Positions 18,358 to 26,196 of a stretch of 32,000 nucleotides of DNA are shown piece by piece (the stretch's first letter is position 1; the number at the start of each line of letters is the position of its first letter). A model generated the notes under the pieces. That model had not been told where the DNA came from and did no database searches. It saw only the letters and a program-made list of their open reading frames with translations. Origin of the DNA: Desulfoglaeba alkanexedens ALDC (GTDB lineage Bacteria > Desulfobacterota > Syntrophobacteria > Syntrophobacterales > DSM-9756). Position numbers and translations under genes: made by a program. The stretch spans positions 2,499,279-2,531,278 of the forward strand of contig NZ_CP040098.1 of assembly GCF_005377625.1 (NCBI RefSeq), in the 5' to 3' direction.

Positions 18358-18439
18358 TATTCCCAAGCTCCAGATTGGGAACACAGCTATGCACAAACTC
18401 CAGATTGGGAACACAGCTGCGCAGAAGTTCCAGCTTCGA
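18358..18439. repeat. GTTCCCAAGC-family composite repeat, diverged
   Basis: ttattcccaagctccagattgggaacacagctatgcacaaactccagattgggaacacagctgcgcagaagttccagcttcg. Confidence 0.82.
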
Positions 18440-18582
18440 TTCCCATAAGGCCGTGATCCCCATGCGAATCCGCAACAAAATCCATACTAAAGAACCCAAA
18501 CACCCCTGCCTCGTCATATAAAGGCTGCGGCGTCCGCGCTATCCTTCCCCGCCCTGAACGACGGAGCTTGTCGCGGAACTGG

Positions 18583-18945
18583 TCAAACCCAGTGCCCGCC
18601 GGTATCGGGGGCCTTGGTCGACTGCAGTTTCCCGGCCTTGTAGTTTTCAACGGCCTGCCGGACTGTGCCGGTTACGTTGACGAAAACGGGGATCCCCGCG
18701 GCGCGCAGGGTATCGAAGGCCCTGGGGCCGCAGTGGCCGGTAAGAACGGCGTCGGGTTTGAGACGCGCCACGGCGGCTGCGGCTTGAACCCCGGCGCCTT
18801 GAGCCGCCTGAAGGTTCTGCTGGTTGGGGATTACCTCGAAGTTCATCGTTTCCGTGTCCACAATGAGAAAACTGGGCGCCCGGCCGAAACGGGCGTCGAC
18901 CGGTGCTTCCAGGTTCTGACCGCTTGATGTTACGGCGACTTTCAT
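18583..18945 (-). CDS. Dinitrogenase iron-molybdenum cofactor biosynthesis (NifX/ORP-like) small protein
   Basis: MKVAVTSSGQNLEAPVDARFGRAPSFLIVDTETMNFEVIPN...AAAAVARLKPDAVLTGHCGPRAFDTLRAAGIPVFVNVTGTVRQAVENYKAGKL; start at 18945. Confidence 0.9.
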   Translation of the reverse strand: MKVAVTSSGQNLEAPVDARFGRAPSFLIVDTETMNFEVIPNQQNLQAAQGAGVQAAAAVARLKPDAVLTGHCGPRAFDTLRAAGIPVFVNVTGTVRQAVENYKAGKLQSTKAPDTGGHWV

Positions 18946-19053
18946 AACAGATTCATCCTTTCGTTGAGGGGAGCCGCTCCTAAAGCAATCGAGTCCACCG
19001 CGCCTCAGGGGTGAACCCCTTTCCATGGGATTGCGGGCGATGGATTTCGAAAG

Positions 19054-20307
19054 TCAGTGGTCGCAGACGTTCGGGCCGGTCTCGAGAGAGCCGTCAAGGT
19101 ATTTCTGAAGCAGGGCATCGGGATCCATCACCGGGGCTCCCGTCACCACTCGGATGCCTTGTTCCGCGAACTGGCTGATGGCCCGCTGCCCCATGCCGCC
19201 GGAGATGACCACCTTGATACCCTGGTTCGCCAGCCACCGGGGAAGAAGCCCCGGTTCGTGCGGCGGCGGCGTGACCCATTCCCTGCCGTCCACGCGGCCG
19301 TCTTTCACGCTGAGGATGGCGAACTGTTCGCAATGGCCGAAATGGTTGCACAGTACTCCTTGAGCCGTGGGGATGGCCACTTTTAAGGCGTTGCCGCCGG
19401 CCGCCGAAGCGACTTCCGGCTTTGCCGCAACGGTTTTGGCGGCGGTGGGGGCTTCCGCCGGCAGGCACCGTTCTTCGACGGCGTCGATGAGTCGATTCAC
19501 GGCCTGGATGAACGGCGTGTCGCTCGGACCTTCCATGAAGGGCCGTCCCGCGTCGCCGCCTTCGACGACCCGCGGATCGAAGGGAAGGCTTCCCAAGAGC
19601 GTCAGCTGCATCCGTTCCGCGGTTCTGCGGCCGCCGCCTCTACGGAACAGGTCGATTTCCTTGCCGCAATGAGGGCACACCAGGCCGTCCATGTTTTCCA
19701 CCAGTCCCAGGATGCTCATCTGGACCTTGCGACAGAAATTGATGGATTTTCGCACATCGGCAAGGGCCACTTCCTGGGGCGTCGTGACGATCACAGCGTG
19801 AGCGTCGGGTATGGTCTGAGCCACGCTGAGCGGTTCGTCGCCGGTTCCCGGCGGGCAGTCGATCACGAGATAATCCAACTTCCCCCAGTTCACTTCGGAA
19901 ATGAATTGTTTGATAACGCCATGTTTTATAGGCCCCCGCCAGATCACCGCCGAGTCCCGGTCTTCCAGCAGGTACTCGATGGAGACCACTTCCAGGTTTT
20001 CGTTGTAGCGGTGCGGGATGAGCCGCTTGTGTTCGTCCATGCCGAACATGCCGGTGATGCCGAGCATCCTCGGGGTACTGGGGCCATGGAGGTCCACGTC
20101 CATGAGGCCCACCTTGTATCCCCTGTTGGCGAGCCCCAAGGCGATGTATACTGCGACGCTGCTTTTCCCCACCCCGCCCTTGCCGCTCATAACCAACAGC
20201 TTGTGCTGGATCTGCTGAAGTTGACGGTGAAGCTGCTCCTCTTCCTGGGACGCGGCGTTTTTCTCGGCTCCGCCGTGGCCGCAGGAACCCTTCTCGCAAC
20301 TGCCCAT
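19054..20307 (-). CDS. Mrp/NBP35-type P-loop ATPase fused to C-terminal NifX-like domain
   Basis: MGSCEKGSCGHGG...KLLVMSGKGGVGKSSVAVYIALGLANRGYKVGLMDVDLHGPSTPRML...VENMDGLVCPHCGKEIDLF; C-terminal LKVAIPTAQGVLCNHFGHCEQFAILSV...VVISGGMGQRAISQFAEQGIRVVTGAP; start at 20307 within the longer ORF. Confidence 0.92.
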   Translation of the reverse strand: MGSCEKGSCGHGGAEKNAASQEEEQLHRQLQQIQHKLLVMSGKGGVGKSSVAVYIALGLANRGYKVGLMDVDLHGPSTPRMLGITGMFGMDEHKRLIPHRYNENLEVVSIEYLLEDRDSAVIWRGPIKHGVIKQFISEVNWGKLDYLVIDCPPGTGDEPLSVAQTIPDAHAVIVTTPQEVALADVRKSINFCRKVQMSILGLVENMDGLVCPHCGKEIDLFRRGGGRRTAERMQLTLLGSLPFDPRVVEGGDAGRPFMEGPSDTPFIQAVNRLIDAVEERCLPAEAPTAAKTVAAKPEVASAAGGNALKVAIPTAQGVLCNHFGHCEQFAILSVKDGRVDGREWVTPPPHEPGLLPRWLANQGIKVVISGGMGQRAISQFAEQGIRVVTGAPVMDPDALLQKYLDGSLETGPNVCDH

Positions 20308-20407
20308 GGTGCTCTCTCCTTCCTCAATGTTGAAATCGAAAGGGAACGATGTTTCGGCTGCCTTCGGACGCCGTAACCACCGGCCAACCTGGCTCACGCT
20401 GCTTTCG

Positions 20408-20423
20408 AGCAAAGTCTGTGCCA
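20408..20423 (-). promoter_or_regulatory. Sigma-54 promoter upstream of mrp-like/NifX-like genes
   Basis: Minus strand reads TGGCAC-AGACT-TTGCT, perfect -24/-12 spacing, about 100 bp upstream of the 20307 start. Confidence 0.88.
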
Positions 20424-20608
20424 AGACTTGCCGGAAAGGATCTTTCAGGGGAACGCGGGAGCGGCGGACGGCCGGAGGCGGTACCCGACGTGAGGGAATG
20501 GGTGCAGATCGCACCCGGCCGGTGTGCGGCCGGTTGCAGAACGCCTCCGGCTGGAAGTGCCGGCCCTGGATGTGCCGGCCCGAGGGGGATCGTTTCCAAT
20601 AACCCCCA

Positions 20609-20624
20609 TGACCCCGTGGGGTCA
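20609..20624. promoter_or_regulatory. Candidate enhancer (UAS) palindrome for the sigma-54 activator
   Basis: TGACCCC-GT-GGGGTCA, perfect 7-bp arms, about 190 bp upstream of the sigma-54 promoter. Confidence 0.45.
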
Positions 20625-20687
20625 CAACGAAGCATGAAAATTCGGGATACGGGGCAGTGGGGTAGAGCTCAAAAAAATGGCACAATA

Positions 20688-20706
20688 ACCAATCGACATT
20701 ATTGGT
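20688..20706. promoter_or_regulatory. Candidate regulatory inverted repeat
   Basis: ACCAAT-cgacatt-ATTGGT, perfect 6-bp arms in an AT-rich intergenic patch. Confidence 0.35.
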
Positions 20707-20777
20707 GGATCTTCTATTTTCATACAAACGTAAGACAGGGCCGGTGCCTTGACACGGCAAACCGAGGCGATCTTCTG

Positions 20778-20854
20778 TAGTAGCCGGCTTGCCGGCGATC
20801 AGGGCCGACGAGGCATTGCCGGTTTTACGGGTCGCGGGCAAGCCCACTCCTACA
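20778..20854. repeat. REP/BIME-like element, complete inverted pair, abutting or overlapping the regulator stop codon
   Basis: gtagtagccggcttgccggcgatcagggccgacgaggcattgccggttttacgggtcgcgggcaagcccactcctac; the inverted REP contributes the TAG stop of the adjacent gene. Confidence 0.83.
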
Positions 20855-22277
20855 AATGAAACGAATCGGATAAAGAAGATTCGGACCGCGAGGGTGAGGG
20901 ATCGGTCAGGCGGTAGCGTTTCATCTTGCGCCGGAGGGTGTTTTTGTCGATCCCCAACTCGCGGGCGGTGGCCATGCGTCGCCACGCGTTTCGTTCCAGG
21001 GCCTCCCAGATGGCTCGGCGTTCGACGTCTTTGAGGGTGGAGCCCGGTTCGGGAGGGAGTCGCTTGCTTTGCGCGCGCAGGTGTTCCGGGAGGTGTTCGG
21101 GTCGGATGAGGCCGTCCGAACAGAGGATGAAGGCGTGTTCGATGGCGTTTTCCAATTCGCGGATGTTTCCCGGCCAGTCGTGGTGCATGAAGACGGCGAG
21201 GGTTTCCCGGCTGAGCCCGGCGACGGTCTTGTCTTGGAGGCGGTTGAAGCGATCGATGAAATGCTGAGTGAGCAGCGGGATGTCTTCGCGGCGTTCACTG
21301 AGGGGCGGAAGCCACAGCTTGACCACGTTGACGCGGTAGTAGAGGTCTTTTCGAAAGATGCCCCGTTCGACCAATTCTTCCAGGTCTTTGTTGGATGCGG
21401 CGATGATCCGGACATTGGCCTTGACGCTTTTCGACGACCCGAGCGGCTCGTAGACACGTTCTTCGATAACGCGAAGGAGCCTCACCTGGAGGGCCGGCGA
21501 GACGTCTCCGATTTCATCGAGGAGAAGAGTTCCGCCTTCCGCCAGGGCGAAACGTCCTTGCCGGGCCTTCTTCGCGTCGGTGAAGGCTCCGGCCACGTGC
21601 CCGAAAAGTTCCGATTCCAAGAGGGTGTCGGGAAGGGCCCCGCAGTTTACGGCGACGAAGGGGCCGCGGGCCCTCGGGCTCATGGAATGCAGCGTACGTG
21701 CGAGCACCTCCTTGCCCGTGCCGCTTTCGCCCTGGATGAGCACGGTGCTTTCGCTGCGGGCGATTTCCGGGAGGATAGCGAAAAGCTTCTGCATGGCGGG
21801 AGACTTGGAGACCATGTCCCCGAAGCTGTAGCGGCGGTGGAGCTCCCGGCGGAGTCTTTCCACCAGGCTGAGATCCCGGAAGGTTTCCACGCCGCCGATC
21901 ACCCGGCCTTCGGCGTCTTTGAGGAGCGCGGTGCTCACGCTGATGGGGATTTCTTTGCCTTCGGCGGTTAGGATGGCGATGGGTTTGTCGACGATGGGCT
22001 TTCCGGTCTCCAGGGTGTGGCGGAGCGCACAGGCCGTCTCGCAGATGTTGGCCCGGAAGACTTCGCAGCAGGGCCGCCCGATGGCTTCATCCTTCGGTAT
22101 GCCGGTGATGATTTCCGCGGCTCGGTTGAACCACGTGATCCGGAAATCGCGGTCCACGGTGAAGACACCGTCGGCGATGCTGTTCAGGATGATTTCCGTC
22201 GATCCGGCGCAGGAAAGGGGCGTCGCGGGGGGTTCCCGGTTTTCGGCGGGCTTCGATGAAGAGATCTTGGAGTCCAT
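20850..22277 (-). CDS. PAS domain-containing sigma-54-dependent transcriptional regulator (AAA+ and Fis-type HTH)
   Basis: N-terminal PAS; [52 protein letters not shown]; C-terminal [31 protein letters not shown]. Confidence 0.96.
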   Translation of the reverse strand: MDSKISSSKPAENREPPATPLSCAGSTEIILNSIADGVFTVDRDFRITWFNRAAEIITGIPKDEAIGRPCCEVFRANICETACALRHTLETGKPIVDKPIAILTAEGKEIPISVSTALLKDAEGRVIGGVETFRDLSLVERLRRELHRRYSFGDMVSKSPAMQKLFAILPEIARSESTVLIQGESGTGKEVLARTLHSMSPRARGPFVAVNCGALPDTLLESELFGHVAGAFTDAKKARQGRFALAEGGTLLLDEIGDVSPALQVRLLRVIEERVYEPLGSSKSVKANVRIIAASNKDLEELVERGIFRKDLYYRVNVVKLWLPPLSERREDIPLLTQHFIDRFNRLQDKTVAGLSRETLAVFMHHDWPGNIRELENAIEHAFILCSDGLIRPEHLPEHLRAQSKRLPPEPGSTLKDVERRAIWEALERNAWRRMATARELGIDKNTLRRKMKRYRLTDPSPSRSESSLSDSFHL

Positions 22278-22322
22278 GCCGGGAATGCCCCGCGGTTCGG
22301 GAAACGGATCGACCGGTGTTGG

Positions 22323-23246
22323 TCACCGATCGAGCATGGAGGCCGGAATCGATGTCGTGGGGTTGGCTTCGGTTTCATCCGTCGATCGCGGAATGTCCGC
22401 TTCGAGGATTTCCCAGAAACGACGCACGGCATCAGCCACAGGATTCTTATCGTATTCGACGACGGTGAGGCCGTCAACCTGGGCACGGGTGACAACGGGG
22501 TCGAAGGGGATGTGCCCGAGAAAGGGGATGCCTTTCCGAGCGCAGTTTTCTTCGATTTCACGGGCGGCGTCCCAGAAGAGGTCGGCCTTGTTCACGCAGG
22601 CGAAGGCGGGGATTCCGAAATGAGCCGCCAGCTCCGCTGCGCGCGCCAGATCGTGGATCCCGGAAACCGTCGGTTCGCTCACGATGAGCACCGCGGACGC
22701 GCCTCCGATGGAGGCGATCACCGGGCAGCCGATTCCCGGCGGGCCGTCGGTCAAGATCCATTGGAGATTGCGTTCTTCCGCCAGCCGCCTGGCTTCCTTG
22801 CGAACCAGGCTCACCAGCTTTCCCGAGTTTTCTTCCGCTATGCCGAGCCGGGCGTGGATCAGCGGCCCGAAGCGCGTCTCCGAAACGAACCACTCTCCGC
22901 AGTGGTTTTCAATGAAATCAATGGCGCCGGCGGGGCAGAAGTAATAGCAGACGCCGCAGCCTTCGCAGAGGAACTCGTTCACGACGAGGTGCTCATCGAT
23001 GGCTTCAAACCGGCACCACTTCGCGCATTCACCGCATTCGATGCAGCGGTCCGCCTGGATCACGGCCTTCCGGCCGGAAACGAAATCGTGCCGCTGAACG
23101 ATGTTCGGAGCCAGCAGGAGGTGAAGGTCCGCCGCGTCCACATCGGCGTCACAGAGAACCTTGTTTTGGGCCACGGCGGCCAGAGCCCCCACCAGGCTGG
23201 TCTTGCCGGTACCGCCCTTTCCGCTGATTACAACGAGTTCTCGCAT
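22323..23246 (-). CDS. MinD superfamily P-loop ATPase with inserted ferredoxin domain
   Basis: MRELVVISGKGGTGKTSLVGALAA...IQADRCIECGECAKWCRFEAI...NEFLCEGCGVCYYFCPAGAI; start 23246 within the longer ORF. Confidence 0.94.
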   Translation of the reverse strand: MRELVVISGKGGTGKTSLVGALAAVAQNKVLCDADVDAADLHLLLAPNIVQRHDFVSGRKAVIQADRCIECGECAKWCRFEAIDEHLVVNEFLCEGCGVCYYFCPAGAIDFIENHCGEWFVSETRFGPLIHARLGIAEENSGKLVSLVRKEARRLAEERNLQWILTDGPPGIGCPVIASIGGASAVLIVSEPTVSGIHDLARAAELAAHFGIPAFACVNKADLFWDAAREIEENCARKGIPFLGHIPFDPVVTRAQVDGLTVVEYDKNPVADAVRRFWEILEADIPRSTDETEANPTTSIPASMLDR

Positions 23247-24103
23247 GTCCTGTCCTTTTCCGAACTTGCCTCGTGCAGGTCGAGGATGGAATCCAAGAGT
23301 TGCCGCATCATGCGGCGCCATTGCGGAAGTCGCTCCACCAGCAGTTCGCCGCGGGCGTATGCTTCGGCCGCTTTTCGGTCGAAGGGGATTTCCAGGAGCA
23401 CCGGAAGCCCTTCCCCGGCTGCATACTGCCTGACCCGGCCGTTGCCCATGTCCGAACGGTTGATCACCAGTCCCGCGGGCAGGTTCATCTTTCGAACGAC
23501 CCCAACGGCCAGTTCCAGGTCGTTCAGGCCGAAAGGCGTTGGTTCCGTTACCAGGAGTGCGAAATCGGTCCCGTAGAGCGACGTCACCACCGGGCAGGAT
23601 GTGCCCGGTGGCGCGTCGACGATGGTGAGGTCTTCGGTGACGGTGATGGATCGGATGCGGCGGATGAGCGGAGGCGCCATGGCCTCTCCGATCCTCAGCC
23701 GGCCGTGCGCGAACCGAACAGGCCCGCGCCGGCCCATCTCGAGGGTTCCTACGATCCGACGGCCCGGCTTTACGGCGTCTTCCGGGCAGACCATGAAGCA
23801 GCCGCCGCAGCCGTGGCAGAGTTCGGGGAAGGTGAGCACCGTTTCCGGTAGCACGGCGATGGCGTTGAATTGGCAGATTTCCTGGCACCTCCCGCACAAG
23901 TTGCAACGGTCCATGTCGATTTCCGGCACCTCGATGGTGACCTCTTCGCTGTGATCCAGCACCGGTTTCAAAAACAAGTGCGCGTTCGGCTCTTCCACAT
24001 CGCAGTCGAACAAAGCGACAGGCCGATCCGCGGCCACCGCAAGATTTACGGCCAGGGTGGTCTTTCCGGTTCCTCCCTTGCCGCTCGCCACAGAGATGAT
24101 CAT
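23228..24103 (-). CDS. MinD superfamily P-loop ATPase with inserted ferredoxin domain
   Basis: MIISVASGKGGTGKTTLAVNLAVAADRPVALFDCDVEEPNAHLFL...IDMDRCNLCGRCQEICQFNAIAVL...LCHGCGGCFMVCPEDAV. Confidence 0.95.
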   Translation of the reverse strand: MIISVASGKGGTGKTTLAVNLAVAADRPVALFDCDVEEPNAHLFLKPVLDHSEEVTIEVPEIDMDRCNLCGRCQEICQFNAIAVLPETVLTFPELCHGCGGCFMVCPEDAVKPGRRIVGTLEMGRRGPVRFAHGRLRIGEAMAPPLIRRIRSITVTEDLTIVDAPPGTSCPVVTSLYGTDFALLVTEPTPFGLNDLELAVGVVRKMNLPAGLVINRSDMGNGRVRQYAAGEGLPVLLEIPFDRKAAEAYARGELLVERLPQWRRMMRQLLDSILDLHEASSEKDRTCENSL

Positions 24104-24193
24104 CAGAAGTCCTCCCTCCTCAACGGTTCCTTCAGGCCGGTGGGCCGTCCACGCCGGGTTTCTAAAACCGGTGCACCGCCGCCCGCAAGCCGT

Positions 24194-24853
24194 TCACTTG
24201 CTTACCATGGGTTTGCCGCATTCGGGGCAGGACATCTGGGTGCACGGAATGCCCAGCTGATGTTCCACCTCCCTGCCGCAGGAGGGACACACGCAAAGCC
24301 CCGAGCGATTGGCGCCTTGACGGCCGGGGCCCGTCCCCGTTCGGCGACAACCTCCTCCCTGACCGCGTCCTCCTCCTTGACCACGTCCTCCCCCTCCGCC
24401 TCCGCCTTGACCGCGTCCTCCGCCTTGACCACGTCCTCCGCCTTGACCTGGCATGACCGCTCCTTTCTGAGCGCCGAGCGCCCTCTGCCCCGACTCCCAA
24501 CAGGCCCGGTACCGGCGAAATCCCCGGCATCCCGGCAGTTGAAAGCGGGGTTGATCCAAATGTCCCCGCCGGTAGGCTTGCAGCACCTCGTCTACATCCC
24601 CAGCAACGCCGAAGACGACCGTGAGACCCAGGCCTTCCGCGTAATGGAGAAGATCCGGGCTGAGGCTCCCGCAGATGAGCTTGGTGACGCCGCGGTCCCG
24701 CAGCTGCCGAACCCGCTGAAACGGATCCGAGGAGTTCATCAACAATTCTTGGGGCGGGGCGCTGGTTTCAGTGCCGTCCGTGACCAGCAGGAGGCGTGAA
24801 CACCAATTGAGAACCGGAGCCACGCGACCGCGCAAAACGGGTATCGCCAGCAT
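24194..24853 (-). CDS. NifB/NifX-like (dinitrogenase iron-molybdenum cofactor family) protein with Gly/Gln-rich tandem repeat and C-terminal zinc ribbon
   Basis: [27 protein letters not shown]...[44 protein letters not shown]; (GQGGGR)n; [28 protein letters not shown]; start at 24853. Confidence 0.85.
   Translation of the reverse strand: MLAIPVLRGRVAPVLNWCSRLLLVTDGTETSAPPQELLMNSSDPFQRVRQLRDRGVTKLICGSLSPDLLHYAEGLGLTVVFGVAGDVDEVLQAYRRGHLDQPRFQLPGCRGFRRYRACWESGQRALGAQKGAVMPGQGGGRGQGGGRGQGGGGGGGRGQGGGRGQGGGCRRTGTGPGRQGANRSGLCVCPSCGREVEHQLGIPCTQMSCPECGKPMVSK
24349..24449 (-). repeat. In-frame 18-nt tandem repeat encoding GQGGGR units
   Basis: Minus-strand GGTCAAGGCGGAGGACGY repeated several times with one irregular GGGGG spacer. 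Confidence 0.85.
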
Positions 24854-25078
24854 GCGGCCACCTCCTTCCCCCGGCGCATGGGATTGGAAAAGCCTCGATC
24901 GTCGTTGTCGAGACCTCATGGGGCACATATCGTGCCAAACGGGGGGTGCAGGGGAAGCACGGCGGCTTGGAGGCGCCCTCGGCGAATTTTCCCGGTCGTG
25001 GCGGCGGGAGACGGGTGCTAAACGCACCCGGTCATTCCCGCCGGCGGGTGTTTCATGTTTCCCGAACCGTCGGTCCGG

Positions 25079-25267
25079 TCATTTTTCGCTTTTGAAACTT
25101 TCTTGGAAAACCTGCGGATCGATGTTTCCCGAATCCGGCCCGCCGCATTCCGGAATGTAACAGGTAACGTCCACGAATTCGCATTTTTCCTTGCAGGACG
25201 GGCAGACGTTCGGCGGGTTCGGCATCTCCACCGTGCTACCACAATGGTTGCATTTCCAAACCGGCAT
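25079..25267 (-). CDS. Small rubredoxin/zinc-ribbon-like protein
   Basis: 62 aa MPVWKCNHCGSTVEMPNPPNVCPSCKEKCEFVDVTCYIPECGGPDSGNIDPQVF with CxxC...CxxC knuckles. Confidence 0.82.
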   Translation of the reverse strand: MPVWKCNHCGSTVEMPNPPNVCPSCKEKCEFVDVTCYIPECGGPDSGNIDPQVFQESFKSEK

Positions 25268-25413
25268 GGGGTCCTCCTTTGAATGGGTTGGCGGTTAAAA
25301 TCATTATAAACCAAACGAGACGGGTCGCTTTCTTTCTTTTCATCGTCGTCCGGCTGGATTATTTTGGTCGCCGCTTCACGCTCCTTCTTCAACCGCGCAA
25401 GGAGACGCGCATC

Positions 25414-26127
25414 ATGGTCGGTACCATGATCAACGTGGCTTCGGTGGTGACAGGTGGTGCCTTGGGTTGCGCCATCGGGGCGCGGTTACCCGAAAACATG
25501 CAGGTGACGGTGGTCCAGGGGCTGGGGCTGGTCACCATGCTCATCGGCATTCAGGCGGCCCTGGAGACGCAAAATGTGCTCATCCTGCTCGCGTCCATCC
25601 TGACGGGAGCCGTTTTGGGCGAAGCCCTATGCCTTCAAGGCGTTCTGGACGCGTTGGGAAATCGCTTCCAGGCGGCTTTTTCCAAGAGCGCCGGCACGAG
25701 CCCGGCCGAGGGCTTCATAACGGCCAGTCTGGTGTTTTGCGTGGGCCCCATGGCGATCCTGGGATCCATCCAGGACGGACTCAAGGGGGACTTCAAGCTG
25801 CTCGCCATCAAGTCCATGCTGGACGGTTTCGCGTCCATTGCCTTTTCCGCCAGTTTGGGCTGGGGGGTGATCTTTTCCGCGGTGAGTGTTTTAGTCTACC
25901 AGGGAGCGATCACGATGGCGGCGGGGGCGTTGGACGAGGTGCTTTCTGAAGGGATGGTGACCGAAATGAGCGCTGCGGGCGGGCTGATCATCGTCGCCAT
26001 CGGACTGAAACTGCTGCGAGTGAAAGACATACGGATCGCCAATTTCCTGCCGGCGCTGGTCATCGCCCCGCTGGTGGTGGCGTTCCTTCCCACGTTGAAG
26101 ACCTGGTGGGCGGTGATTTGGGGTTGA
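25414..26127 (+). CDS. DUF554 family membrane protein
   Basis: MVGTMINVASVVTGGALGCAIGARLPENMQVTVVQGLGLVTMLIGIQAALET...GFITASLVFCVGPMAILGSIQDGLKGDFKLLAIKSMLDGFASIAFSA. Confidence 0.92.
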   Translation: MVGTMINVASVVTGGALGCAIGARLPENMQVTVVQGLGLVTMLIGIQAALETQNVLILLASILTGAVLGEALCLQGVLDALGNRFQAAFSKSAGTSPAEGFITASLVFCVGPMAILGSIQDGLKGDFKLLAIKSMLDGFASIAFSASLGWGVIFSAVSVLVYQGAITMAAGALDEVLSEGMVTEMSAAGGLIIVAIGLKLLRVKDIRIANFLPALVIAPLVVAFLPTLKTWWAVIWG

Positions 26128-26196
26128 GGATTTCTCAGCGCCGCCCTGTCCACTCCAAACGCGCACCAGCTCAACCGATTCGGGAGACATGGCCCC

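Noticed and set aside
20676-20694. Plus-strand TGGCAC at about 20678 as a second, divergent sigma-54 promoter
   Set aside because: TGGCAC-AATAA-CCAAT lacks the required -12 TTGC element, and no gene lies downstream in that orientation.
22512-23576. 354 aa plus-strand ORF
   Set aside because: Antisense to the MinD-like ATPase genes.
24349-24449. CRISPR or minisatellite unrelated to coding
   Set aside because: 18-nt periodicity is in frame and encodes GQGGGR within a credible ORF with flanking conserved domains.
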